This document shows, one piece after another, positions 1 through 11,463 of a stretch of 64,000 bases of DNA. The translations under genes were made by a program, and so were the position numbers. Within the stretch, counting starts at the first letter, position 1; each line of letters begins with the position of its first letter. The DNA lies in contig JAGIQG010000003.1 of the NCBI GenBank assembly GCA_024679065.1, forward strand, positions 94,178,001-94,242,000. Direction: 5' to 3'. The stretch comes from Sphyrna mokarran. Lineage: Eukaryota. A model generated the notes under the pieces. The model made no database searches, was not told the origin of the DNA, and saw only the letters and a list, made by a program, of their open reading frames with translations.

Positions 1-1314
1 GGAGCATAGCAGGAAAAATCATAACATTTATGTTATGGGTAGAAGAGGAGAGACAAACTGAAACTCCCAATTCCCTATTTCTGCGTTCACAATCAGAGTG
101 GTTCATTTTTGAAAATGTAGATGTCTGTATTTCTAAGTTCCTATTAGTAGGTGATCAATTTTAAAAGTAATTGTACTAGATTTCCCAGTGTGTAAATACA
201 AAGGATTATTTATTCATACATCCTTTCCTAAATAACCTATGCTACACCAATCACAAATATACAATTATCTTCTACAAGTTTTAAACCAAAAGAATATAGA
301 AGAAAAAAGGTTTGTTTGTGATTCCAATGAAGAAGGAAACTTTTTCCTATCTTTTAATGGTACTTTTAATAATTTTGGATATCAGGCATTTGGATATTTG
401 GATTGCGTCAGAGAAAAGGTTGTGAAGTCAGACCACTTGTGGCTGTTGTATCAGGGAATTCATGTTCTTCAAAGCTGATCTCGGAGTTTTTGAATCAGGC
501 TGGGAGGGACTTGAAAAAATGTTTAAACTTTTTGATTGTTAAAAGGCAGAGGTGGCACAGTTTTTCTATCTATAGCTGTCATCTTGTTGGTGATATTATG
601 CCAATTTCCTCAGGGTCTTTTCTGAGTTTTGGATAACGAGATTTCATTATCTGAGAACCAATTTCAACCACGTAGTCAATGACTCTTAATGTACAATAGA
701 AGATAGATGGCAAACTTAATGTCCGGATTGATTTCATCAACTTTCCTTTGATCCATTGCAAACCTGGAGACAGTCGAGGAGCTCATTGACTTTGTAAAAT
801 GGATTAAGCTTTTAATAAAAGTGCACGCTAATTCCTACAGCAACAAACTCTGATGCAATACTGGAACCCCCTTGTGATACGAACTGTATATTATGTCTAT
901 CATATATTCTGTCATGTGCTCCTCTAATTGCTTTGTAGGTTGAAATTAAGTTGTAAAATAAGGCCATTTATAAGTCCTTCAGCTCAATTTCTCTCATCAT
1001 TTTCAACATAATTCAATCTCAAAACACTTGCTTTTGAGGAGAAAACAAATCAAAAATCCTAAAACATGGTAACTTTGTTTTCATTTTCAAGTGCGTTCTC
1101 TTAAAAAAAACCTGCAAGATCCCAATTTTACTTGATGAAATGATTAGCATTTGCCACCATTATCCCTCTGAAATAGGATCTCAGGAATTCATACATTTTG
1201 CAGTTAAATGTGAAAATCTAGACATTTCTGGCAGTGATTTTTATGCTTCCCACCTCCACAGATGCAATCAATTAGAAAGCATTGAATTGATGAAAATATC
1301 TACATACAATTAGG

Positions 1315-1573
1315 GAGATGGATGGTGAAACTTGAATTCACTAAAAATCTGGAATAGAAAGTTTAATAATAACCATTGTTGACCCATTTGGTTCTCAAAT
1401 GTCCTTTAAGAAAGGAAATCTAGTCTGGTTGAAAGGTGACTCCAGATTCATAGCAATATAACTGATTCTTAAATGTTCCCTGAAATGACTGAGCAATTCA
1501 CTCAGTTCAAAGACAATTAGGAATTGGCAATAAATGTTGGCCAAACCAGCGACACCCACATTCAATGAAAGAA
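1315..1573 (+). mobile_element. tRNA-head SINE ('family B'), 5'-truncated; related to the LINE at 54850-57537
   Basis: Body aatgtcctttaagaaaggaaatct...gtgactccaga...cactcagttc joined to tail ggcaataaatgttggccaaaccagcgacacccacat; homologous to copies at 13826, 28762, 35950 and to both ends of the LINE at 54850-57537. Confidence 0.75.
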
Positions 1574-2000
1574 GGCTTGCTGTTTAAAAAAAAATGCATC
1601 TTGTTGCATTAGTTGTTATGTGGGTTTGAAGCCCATAACTATACATAAACTGACCTTGAAAAAATCATTTCATATTTGCTCAATTCTGAATTAAGACATT
1701 CCATATTTTAAATTCTTTTAGAGGTTTGATATTTTAACTTCTAACTTATTCGTATGCATGTCCCAATCATTTATTTCATTATCTGTAAAACGTAGCAATG
1801 AATAGTGAAGAGTTATATTTTTAAAATGTGCTTGTTTTCTATCTACGAGAATACTTTGACATGATTGACTGTTTATCCTATGTAACAGCGTAACTATAGC
1901 TGGATGTTGAGAAATTCCCTTGACTTGGCACCAGATCCAAATTCATGCTGAGAAAGGAAAATCCTTATCATGGAAATTAGCAGATCTTTCTGGGTAGCTT

Positions 2001-2992
2001 AAAAGCAAATTACTGCCGATGCTGGAATCTGAAACCAAAAGAGAAAATGTGAGAAGATCTCAGCAGGTCTGGCAGCCTCTATAAGGAGAGAAAAGAGCTG
2101 ATGTTTCAAAGCCAGATGGCCCTTTGTTAAAGCTAAAAGGTATAAAAAGTGAGATATTTATACTGCTAGGTGAGGGAATGAAAGATGGGTCATATCCACA
2201 GAAAGCAGAGGAAAAGACTGCTCATGGCTGTCCACAGAGAGAATAAAGGGTGTGAGTGGCCAAATGGCAGAGAAGCTAAAATCAGAGGGTAAGCTGTAAC
2301 AAATGAAGATGGAGTTTTTTTTAGGGGGGAGTGGAAATGGATGGGACAGATGTAAAATTTAGAAAAGGGGGGTAAAATAGGAGGGAAGAGTGGGGGAGAA
2401 AAATGAGGCAAGACAATAAAGAAATAAAAGGAAGAAAACAGTAAAAACTTAAATAAAATAGATTGAAAGGATAGAGGTTGAGGTAGGGTAGAGCTAATAA
2501 TCTAAAGTTGTTGAATTTGATGTTGAAAGTGGAAGGCTGTAAAGCGTCTTGCCAGAAGATGAAATGCTGTTCCTCCAGCTTACGTTGCGCTTCAGTGGAA
2601 CATTGCAGCAGACCAAGGACAGGCATGTGGGCATGGGAGCAGAATCGTGTGTTAAAATGGCAAATAACCGGTAGGTCAAGGTCCTGATTGCACACAGACC
2701 GATTGCACTCAGCAAAATGATCACCCAACCTATGCTTGTTCTCTCTGATATAGAGGAGATTGCATTGGGAGTAGCGAATGCAGTACACCAAATTAAAAAA
2801 AGTGCAAGTGAAACGTTGCTTAACTTGGAATGAGTGTTTTTGACCTTGGAGGGTAAGCATAGAAGAGGTAAAGGGACAGGTGTTACATTTTCTGTGATTG
2901 CATAGGAAGGTGCCAGGAGTGACGGGAGAGATATGGGTATAGTGAAGGTTATCCCGGAGGAATGTTCTCTGCGGAATGTTGACAGAGGAAGT
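2001..2992 (-). mobile_element. Penelope-like retroelement, 3' part (GIY-YIG endonuclease + 3' UTR), 5'-truncated
   Basis: ORF 2321-3121(-) contains PGTFLCNHRKCNTCPF...FTCTFFNLVYCIRYSQCNLLYIRE...RKLEEQHFIF...NIKFNNF, the PLE Cys-linker plus GIY-YIG domain; pyrimidine-rich 3' UTR and PLE-type terminus follow. Confidence 0.9.
2095..2137 (-). ncRNA. Degenerate minimal hammerhead-ribozyme-like motif at Penelope 3' end
   Basis: Minus strand reads agct-ttaacaa-agggcca tc tggcttt-GAAA-catc-agct: stem I agct/agct, stem II hairpin, GAAA; the CUGANGA box is mutated. Confidence 0.4.
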
Positions 2993-3029
2993 GGGCTCAA
3001 TCATTAACTCTAGATTTGTGCACATAAGA

Positions 3030-3656
3030 GTAACAATGACTTGTATTTGTATAGTGTTCTTAACATCATTAAATATCTCAGTATGCATCACAGGAATGTT
3101 AGCAAACATAATTGAACACAAATACCCAGGTGATAATGGGGCAAATGACTCAAAGCTTGGCTGAAGAAGTCAATTTTATGGAGTATCTTTTTGAGGAGTG
3201 TCTCAAGTGCAGAAGTGGCAGAGAGGTTTAGAAGTTCAGAAGTAGAACAAGCTTCAAAGTTTGATACTTGGCATATGACAGCATAGCCACCAGTGGTGGG
3301 GCAATTAAAACAAGGATGCACAAAAAGCCAGGATAGATATATTGGAGGTTTGTCGGGCGAGAGGAGATAACAGAAATAGGAAGGCAGAAAGTCATGGAAG
3401 GATTTAAAAACAGTAATGAATGCTTTGTAATGCAGTGTTTTAACCGGGAGCCAAGATATATTGGAGAACAGGATTTACAGTGAAATGGACAATGAGTAGT
3501 TTTGGATGAACTTAACTCTATGGAGGGTGAAAGATCAGATTATGACCAGCAGTGTACTGGAATAATTAAGTCTAGAGGTGACAAACACATCAGTGAGTGT
3601 TGGAGTGTCCACAACAGATGAGCTGAGGTAAGGGTGGAGTAGGGCGATGTTATGGC
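3030..3656 (-). mobile_element. L2-clade LINE 3' fragment (decayed)
   Basis: Minus strand encodes HNIALLHPYLSSS...FVTSRLNYSS-like RT C-terminus, followed by an L2-type tail (..ctatacaaatacaagtcattgtt). Confidence 0.7.
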
Positions 3657-3714
3657 TATAACTATGCTTGTGCATTCACTGGAAGATGCTTCAATGACAT
3701 GTTACCAACAGTAA

Positions 3715-4060
3715 GTGTTTTCAGTCTCACTGTATGTCTACTGCAAAATATGATCCATTATCTTGGTTGATTCTGTAGTGTAGTACTAAAGAGATGTTCG
3801 ATTGTTAAATGTTTTGCCACATCTTGAATGAGACACAAAATTGAAGCACGTGATCTTATTTAAATTAACCTATTGGATCCCGTGAGAGTACTCAGCAGCA
3901 TGCTTTTTCCATATCTTAGCCAGCATTTTTCCCTCAATCAATACTGGTTATTCATTTAATTTGCCAATTACAGGATACTACGTACCAAATTAACTGCAAA
4001 ACTACTAAATTGGATCTGGAATGTTTGGAGAAAATTATAGGCACTTAATAAATACAAATC
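3715..4060 (+). mobile_element. Old DeuSINE (SacSINE1/AmnSINE1-like), degenerate
   Basis: gtagtgtagtactaaagag...gaatgagacac...ggatcccgtg...gccagcatttttccctcaatcaa...ctggttattc..., L2-like tail aggcacttaataaatacaaatct; matches recalled Deu-domain order. Confidence 0.5.
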
Positions 4061-4291
4061 TGATGAGAAATTTAACTTGGCTAAAAGATGTATCCAGACA
4101 GACAAACTCTACTAACTTATTGAGAAGAGTGTTAGGATCCGATTGAATACATTTTTGGTGACAATCGACACAACCTAATATGTGGCTGGCGCATGTTGCG
4201 TGTAATTTCCCCAAAGATATTTTTTTTCATTTAAACATTAGTGTACCTAGACATCAGTTCTTACGCTACACAGTCAAAGCTTGAAGACACT

Positions 4292-4466
4292 GGCTGCGAG
4301 CTTCCAGTCCAGCCAAGGTGAGCCTCCACTGTGGGTTTCCTAGCCGCAGAGATACATACAACAGGAAATCCCGTTTACAGTAGCAGGACCAGAAAATCTT
4401 GTCGCTGACCAATGATAACCAGTCTCTGCTGCAACAAAACATACAATTATGTGGAAAATCTTACCC
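4292..4466. mobile_element. Small non-autonomous DNA transposon (MITE), Harbinger-type termini
   Basis: Imperfect TIRs ggctgcgagcttcca / tggaaaatcttaccc; GC-richer than flanks; termini resemble element at 24918. Confidence 0.5.
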
Positions 4467-5149
4467 AATTCTATTATAAGATCCAGTATAGTGCATCACA
4501 ATCTACAACCCAATATAACTGCAAGATGGTTTATTCATAACTGTTAACCTGCACTACCATTGAACTCTTGGACCAATTCTACCTTGGATCTCTACTTTCC
4601 ATTGCAAAGGACCATTAAATTACAGTACATCAACACAAAAATGATATTCGAGTTACAATATGAAATCAGCCAAAATGTTCTCTCAACATCTCTCAATCAT
4701 TCTGCAACAATGGTTCACTTAGGCTCTTAAAATTAATCAGTTTGCTACTCTGCACATAGTGAACAGACCAACCTGTCGAAGACCATCAAGACCTGAATCA
4801 ATAACTTTCACACATTTCTTCAGCTCCCAATCCTTGGCCTTAGAGTGCATTCCTGTTCAGCAGAAAGCTGTTTTAACCTGTTGACTCCACAAACAAACCA
4901 AGACAGCTAAGTATATGAACTATGTACCCACATTATAAAGTTTGACTTTCACTTCATGAGGACTTTTATTTGGATTTCAAAGACATTTCAAGTTCAGTGC
5001 AGTAAAATTTAGCAATCTGTTTTATGCTTGTGCCCTTTGGAATTTTCAGAGTAATTTTGAGTAAACCAATAACAGTAAACCAATAACAAAAAATCCCTCA
5101 ACTTTATTTCAAATGTGATAGATTGCATCTTCAGTAATAGTTACCTTGG

Positions 5150-5390
5150 TGTTACGGGAAAGGCAAAATCAAAAGGTTTCATACAGGATAGCAGGCAGTG
5201 GGGCATAATTGTGGGGGTATGCGCAAGAATTTTAGACAAAAGAGGTTGGAGATAAGTTTTGAGGGTGAGCTATTTTGAAGAGTGGATGGTGATGGTAATT
5301 TGGAAAGAGATGGATGTTGCCTGATGAATGGAACCAATTACAATGTCAATCAATATGGGATGAGGAATGATTCCCACGTTTATAGCATTT
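5150..5390 (-). mobile_element. L2-like RT fragment, very decayed
   Basis: Purine-rich gaggttggagata...ggatggtgatggtaatttggaaagag...cctgatgaatggaaccaattacaatgtca resembles the antisense N-terminal part of L2 RT. Confidence 0.4.
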
Positions 5391-5884
5391 TTCCTCAGTT
5401 GTATATAGTACTGCTATAAAGTGAAAAGATTCCAAAGTAATTTTAATGCTGTATTTTATCCTGATATTGCAGCTTTACAGTCTTTAAAATATTGAATTAG
5501 AAGCTAAACAAAACTTGAGTATTTCTATATTGATTCTTTATTTCTGGTTGTTAAATCAGACTTTTCAGTCTCATCTACTTCACTTGCAAGTATAGTGGCA
5601 TCATGTGCAAAAGCAAAAATATCACTTTGTTTTGTATATGTTGCTCCAAATTTCTTCTCCCACTGTCTAGAATTCAACAGGATTTGGGTTTTCTGCTGCT
5701 GTGAGTTATCTAAATGAAGCAGTACTAAAATTACCTATGTATAGGTGTGATAAAGAATTCCAATATTGAATCCTAATGCAAATGTACTTGTAAACAAGCA
5801 GCAAAATATTTCTCTGAATTTCTAAAATATAATAGCACTATTCAGGGAATGACACTGATATGATATGTATAGGGCAAAATAATG

Positions 5885-6800
5885 GACAGAATTTTCATAA
5901 TAAGAAGTCTGACAACGCCAGGTTTAAGTCCAACTGATTTATTTGATAGTAAACTCACAAGCTTTCGAAGCTATCCTCTTCGTCATCTGACTGTGTTTAC
6001 CCCAGTCCAATGCCGGCATCTCCTACATCCTGAATTTTCATCACAGAGGAAGGAAATAGGGATGGGGTCTGATATAGGATCATAGTACTCCCACTGGAAG
6101 GGGATTCATTAAGGTTTGAAAAGTTCCAAAGCCCTTAATTCATATGGAGATTGGTTTCCTGTACATTTGGAGTGAAATGCGGACAGATTGGTAAAGCAAG
6201 GGACTTATTTAGACATCTCATGACTGTGTGCTTTGCTGAAGGAATGATCTGCAGTTTGTGTCAAAGACTTGTGCCTGAACCAGAGGAAAGCAACACACTG
6301 GGGAACCAGGGGCCTGGCACCCGTGCAGGACAGCTCCTCTCTTCATTGACGCTGATCTAATTCTAAAGGCGGAGAGGCAGAGGAAGGAGGTCCTCTTACT
6401 GGAGGATGGCAGGCGGAAGCCACCTATCATGCCGCAAGCTTAAATCCCTATTCAGTGTCACCTCCCTCCTCACCTTCCTCTCACTTTTTGCTCCTGTCCA
6501 TATAGGCAGTCTCCTTCCAGGGCATCATTGCCCTCAAAGTCTACACCTCTTTGGTGGGCGATGTAATGGACAGCACAACAAACCACCACAATGAATCTTG
6601 CAGGAGAGTATTGGAGGCCACCAGCTAATGTGTCTGAGCACTAAAATCACAACTTGAGAAACTTGATGGCCTGCCCAATAGTTGTCATAATTAGGTGATA
6701 TTGGTCGTATTGCCCTCGTGCCTCTCCAAGGGGCTCGAGCAGAGCCATGAATAGTAACTATATGCCCTGATACTTTTCCTGTTTCTGGGCTTGTGCTTAC
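5885..6800. mobile_element. Internally deleted PIF/Harbinger transposon (convergent Myb/SANT-like and transposase remnants)
   Basis: + strand ~6330-6443 reads TAPLFIDADLILKAERQRKEVLLLEDGRRKP (Myb/SANT-like start); - strand ~6470-6750 reads EARGQYDQYHLIMTTIGQAIKFLKL*F*CSDTLAGGLQYSPARFIVVVCCAVHYIAHQRG (HARBI1/DDE_Tnp_4 C-terminus); left end ggacagaattttc. Confidence 0.8.
5899..6031. mobile_element. Miniature Penelope-terminus insertion with internal inversion
   Basis: Antisense pLTR piece (aagaagtct...gctttcgaag...cgtca) joined to sense 3' tail (actgtgtttaccccagtccaatgccggcatctcctacatc); 10-bp TSD gaattttcat at 5889-5898 and 6032-6041; same family as 51768-51935. Confidence 0.75.
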
Positions 6801-6842
6801 CATCCTTCTATCTTAATTTTAAGTCTTTCTCCCTGAATTATT

Positions 6843-7572
6843 CAGGTGGCAGAAGTGAGGGATCATTTTGGGACCAGTGACCAGAATTCTATTAGTTTTA
6901 AGATAGCTTTGGAATGATAGGTCTGGCCCAAAAATTAAAATTCTAAGTTGGGGCAAGGCAAATTTTAATAGTATCAGACAGGAAGTTTTGAAAATTAATT
7001 GGGAGAGTCTGTTGGAAGGCAAAGGGACGTCTGGTAAGTGTGAGGCTTTCAAAAGTGTGTTAACCAGGTTCAGGGTAAGCACATTCTCTTAAAGTGAAAG
7101 GCAAGGCTGGTGGAAGTAGGGAACATTGGATGACTCAGAATATTGTGATCCAGGTCAAGAAGGAGGAGGAGGTGCATGACATGCATAGGCATTCGGGATC
7201 AAATGAATCCTTAAGACTATAGAGAGTGGAAGAATAGAGTCAAGAGAGAAATCAGAAGGGCAAAAAAGGGGACACAAGATTGTTTGGCAGATGAAGCAAA
7301 GGAGAATCCAAATAGCTTTTACAAATACAAAAAGGCCAAAAGAATAACTAGGGAGAGAATAGGGCCTCTTCAAGATCAACAAGATACCTGTATGCGAATC
7401 CACAAGAGATGGGTGAGATCCTAAATGAATATTTCTCATCAGTATTTACTGTTAAGAAAAGATAGATGTTAGGGAATTTGGGGAAATAAATAGTGATGTC
7501 ACATCAAGATAGATAAATCCCTGAAACATGATGAAGTGTATCCCAGCACATTGTGGGAGGCTAGGGAGAAGC
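6843..7572 (+). mobile_element. CR1 LINE ORF2 fragment (end of endonuclease to linker)
   Basis: DHFGTSDQNSISFKI..., KANFNSIRQEV..INWESLLEGKGTSGK, KENPNSFYKY, EILNEYFSSVFT; frameshifts and stops. Confidence 0.85.
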
Positions 7573-8543
7573 ATAGAACGAAAATAAAAGATAGAATCAG
7601 AAGGTATGCTGGACACAGCTTGCAAAAAGTCACCTCGCTCCAGTGCCATCTTGGAAAAAGAAAGCTGCCCATTGTTGGCATCTGGTTACATATACCATCA
7701 GATGTTTTGCAGTATGAGTCATTAATGTTAAAGAGCAGTAATGTAGTGATAGTTTGTGTTTCCTATGGTTGATTCTACCATAACCATTAAACAAACCAGG
7801 GAGTGCAAAATCTACTTCAGTAGCATTGTGCAATTTTTTTAATTTGACAGGAAAATATTCCATTAATTATTAATAATAATATACCAATTTTGGGGACTGC
7901 ATCAGCCCTCATTAGCCTGTTCTGCACGTTTCATCGCATGGACACAGTCGCAGTAAATTCATATTTAAGAGAAAGTTTCAATACTTGCAATCCGGATAAA
8001 TCTTTTCCATTCTGTAGATTTTCTTCTGCCTGGGTGCATGATATTATTCAATACCATTATTTAATGCAAGAGGTGCAAGTGGATTCTATTTTATCAGTCA
8101 TATCACAGATCAAATTACTTCTCAGCAACAAAGTGAAATGATTGAACAATGCACGTCTTCACTGTCAGCATTGGAGTCCTCAGGTGCCTTTGTGCGTCAC
8201 AAGTTTCAAGATTCAGAGGATGAAGACTGAATGGTTAACTGTTGTATCTGTGTTTTCTTGATCAGCAAGTGTGAAGAATTTGCTGATTGTTGCTTCTCAC
8301 TACAATATATTTTCAGTGTTGACTATCTGATATTACTTTATCATATTTCAATACTTCTGAAATCTCAAAATAAGCAACAAAATAGAGTGGGATAATAAGT
8401 GAGTATACTAAAGGACAAGATTGAAGTCAATAGAAAAGATGCTTGAGAATCATGTGCAGTGTAAAACAACGTAATGCTTTTGTATGAACCCACTATGCAC
8501 TCCTGTCCTGTCAATATCATCCCACAAAACCCACTTGCAGGTG

Positions 8544-9320
8544 AACATAAGAAATAGGAGCAGGAGTAGGCCATCTAGCCCTTCAAGCCTGGCCCGTTGT
8601 TCAATAAGATCATGGCTGATCTGAAGTGGATTAGTTCCACTTTCCCGCTAGCTCCCCATAACCCTTAATTCCCTTGTCTATCAGAAATCTATCTACCCAT
8701 GACTTAAATATACTCAACGAGGTAACCTCCACCACTTCAATGGGCAGAAACCCAGAGATTCACCAGCCTTTGAGTGAAGAAGTTCCTCCTCTAGTCTGTT
8801 CTAACCTGCCCCAAACTCTCACACCTTCTTTTGAGGCTGTGCCCTCTAGTTCTGGTTTCCTTTCTAAGCGGAAAGAATCTCTCTACCTCTATCCTATTTA
8901 GCCCCTTCATTATCTTGTAAGTTTCTATAAGATCCCCCCTCAGTCTTCTAAACTCCAACGAGTAGAGGCCCAGTCTATTTAATTTCCCCTCATAAGCTAA
9001 TCCCTTCATCTCCGATATCAGCCTGGTGAACCTTCTCTGTTCTCCCTCCAAGGCCGATAGATCCTTTTGCAAATAAGGGGACCAAAACTGCACACAGTAG
9101 TCCAGTTGCAGCAAGACCTCCCTGCTTTTATATTCTATCCCCCTCACTATAAAGGCCAACATTCCATTCGCCTTCTTGATCACCTACTGCACCTGCAGAC
9201 TGGGTTTTTGCAATTTGTGCACAAGGACTCCCAATTCCCTCTGCACAGTAGCATGCTGCAATTTTTCACTATTTAAATAATATTCCTTCCTTCTATTATT
9301 TCTACGAATGTGGATGATCT
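8544..9320 (-). mobile_element. CR1 (HER1-like) LINE 3' end
   Basis: ORF 8791-9183(-): KKANGMLAFI.RGIEYKSREV...YCVQFWSPYL.KD..ALE..QRRFTRLI...LGLYSLEFRRLRGDLIETYKI...TRGHSLK; tail ..ctcctatttcttatgtt. Confidence 0.92.
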
Positions 9321-9840
9321 CTTATATATGTGAACTATGTTATACATAAGTGAACTATGTGTACAAACAGAACTCCAGCCATGATTGCAATCTCTGTTTT
9401 CAAGACAAAGACCAAAGAGCCCAATTCATCTCATCCAACCCAGAACAACATATGGACAAAGGTATTCAGAGGATGGTGAGGCCATTTGTCCCCTTGAGTA
9501 CGGTCCATCATTTGATGACGTTGCTTACGTTTTATCAATGAATATGACTCAAAGATAATGAATTGGCTGCAAAGTGACTCACAACATTGCGAAAGGTGCT
9601 CGATAAATATATCTTTTTGTATTTTTTGATTATACCGGCGTGTAGTAGACAGAATGTCTGTAGAAATGGTAACATTGGAGATCCAATGCTGATTTTCTCA
9701 GGATAATTAATCACAGAGCAATCAACAAATCCTCGGAAAGATTATACAAAGAAATCATCATATTTTCAGAAACAATTTAGCTCTAGCTATTGTGTATGTT
9801 TGATTTGATAACAAGGAAAAAGGAATTCTGAGGTGTCATC

Positions 9841-11463
9841 TGCAAAAGCATCAGATGACATCACAGCATGTCAAGTATCTAATTATATAAAGATGTGTTG
9901 TTTTTTTAATACATAACTACTCACCCTTGGCACAACAACAAACATTTTTGAACATTAATGATTACTCTCTCTGAACATCAATTACACAGTAGAAAAATCC
10001 AGGCCTATTCTAGAATGGTTGCAGGTATCTGCTTCTCACTTGTAGTTTCCTGCTAAACTCTCTCCTTGTTTAAAACTCTTCAGTTTTGATGTTTATTCAC
10101 AGCAAATAAATTGTGCTTGTTGTTGTCACTCGACTATGTGGTACTGTTAAGTGGTATGAATGGATTGATTTCCTTCTCGGGGACAACATTTTCGGGGAAT
10201 TTTCTGTGGCGGCATGAGTTGTGTTCTGATAGGACATGAGAAAGTTGTTTACTCTCCTGGATAGCTGATCTTCATCTTTGACACTTTAGGTGTCATGTTT
10301 CAGTGACCTAAACCATTGATATGGTGCAGTCCTTATGCATATATACCATTTTCTTAAGGTAATCCACTAATTCCTGAGATGCAAATTATATCTCATTGTC
10401 ACTGGACTAGTTGTTCAAGCTATCCAAATCTTGCAAACAATTCATCCAACTCCTGTAAGGTTCCTTCCATTATAGTGGATTCCATCAATTTAACCTCGGG
10501 CCACTTTGAATGTACATCCACTAGGTCAAAAAACATATAGCTTTCAGTGCATCCCAAGAAGTCGTATATATCTTCTGCCAAAGTCGATTTGACCAATGCC
10601 ATGGGTGAAGTAATTGTGGAGGTGGGGTATTGTATAATCTAGTGCATGACTGACATTGCCCCAATTTTTCTTCTATTTGTGAGTCAAGTTTCAGCTAACA
10701 AAAATAGCGACATGCAAGCTGTTTCATCCGCACTATCCTTGGATGATCTTTGCAAGCATGGACAGATGATCACCCTGGTTCCCCACAGCAATACTCTATT
10801 TTGGACAGCTAATTCAAGTTCCCTCATTATATAAGGTCTGAATTCAGGATTCTTCTTTTGTTAATCCAACGCTGTTCCTCTTAAAAAGATGTTCCTGACC
10901 CTACCCATTACCTGGTCATACCCTATATGCCTTTGCACCAAAGATGATGCAACTTGGACGTTCTCAATCTGGAAGAAATATAATGTGTTGATGTTGCTGT
11001 CTTGTGATTCATTTATGTCCTAAAGTAACAATCTTGATAAGGCATCTGCATTGGCATGTTGTTCTGATCTCCAATACTTAATTTCACAATTATGTGCTGA
11101 TAATCTCAATATCCATTGTTGTAGATGATTGACAGCTAATGATGAAATTCCCTGATATAGACTGAAAATGGCTGTCAATGGCCTGAGGTTAGTCAACAAA
11201 ATAAATCATCTGCATGCAGGGACTGGTGGAATTGTTTAATGCCCAAAGTTATGCTGAACCTTTCCTTTGCAAGTTGTGCGTAACTTTGTTCCATACTCAA
11301 TGATCTTCATGATGTGAATGCTATTGGCTACTCCTCTCCAGTTGCCATAATGTGAGTTATAATGGCATCCATCCCATAGGACAATGCATCACTTGCTCGC
11401 TGAACTTTCAACTCTGGTTAATTCAGACCAATACCTCAGATGACTTAGGCACATTTTTAACCA
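9841..11463 (-). mobile_element. Ty3/Gypsy LTR retrotransposon fragment: RNase H - integrase - PPT - start of 3' LTR
   Basis: Minus strand: SDALSYGMDAIITH..GEE*PIAFTS...YAQLAKE...LQQWILRLSAHN..IKY.RSEQHANADALSRL (RNase H); DLVDVHSKWPEVKLM...LDELFARFG (integrase, ORF 10420-10602); degenerate PPT aagggtgag followed by (t)gttatgta at ~9910-9928. Confidence 0.85.

Noticed and set aside
2321-3121. Longest ORF (266 aa) as a host gene
   Set aside because: Chimeric read-through: the N-terminus comes from L2/flank DNA, the core is a mutated Penelope GIY-YIG domain, and the C-terminus is low-complexity 3' UTR
5061-5088. 14-bp tandem duplication gtaaaccaataaca x2 (similar short ones near 9330, 19450, 48435)
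   Set aside because: Ordinary slippage duplications; no spacers or periodic array, so not CRISPR-like
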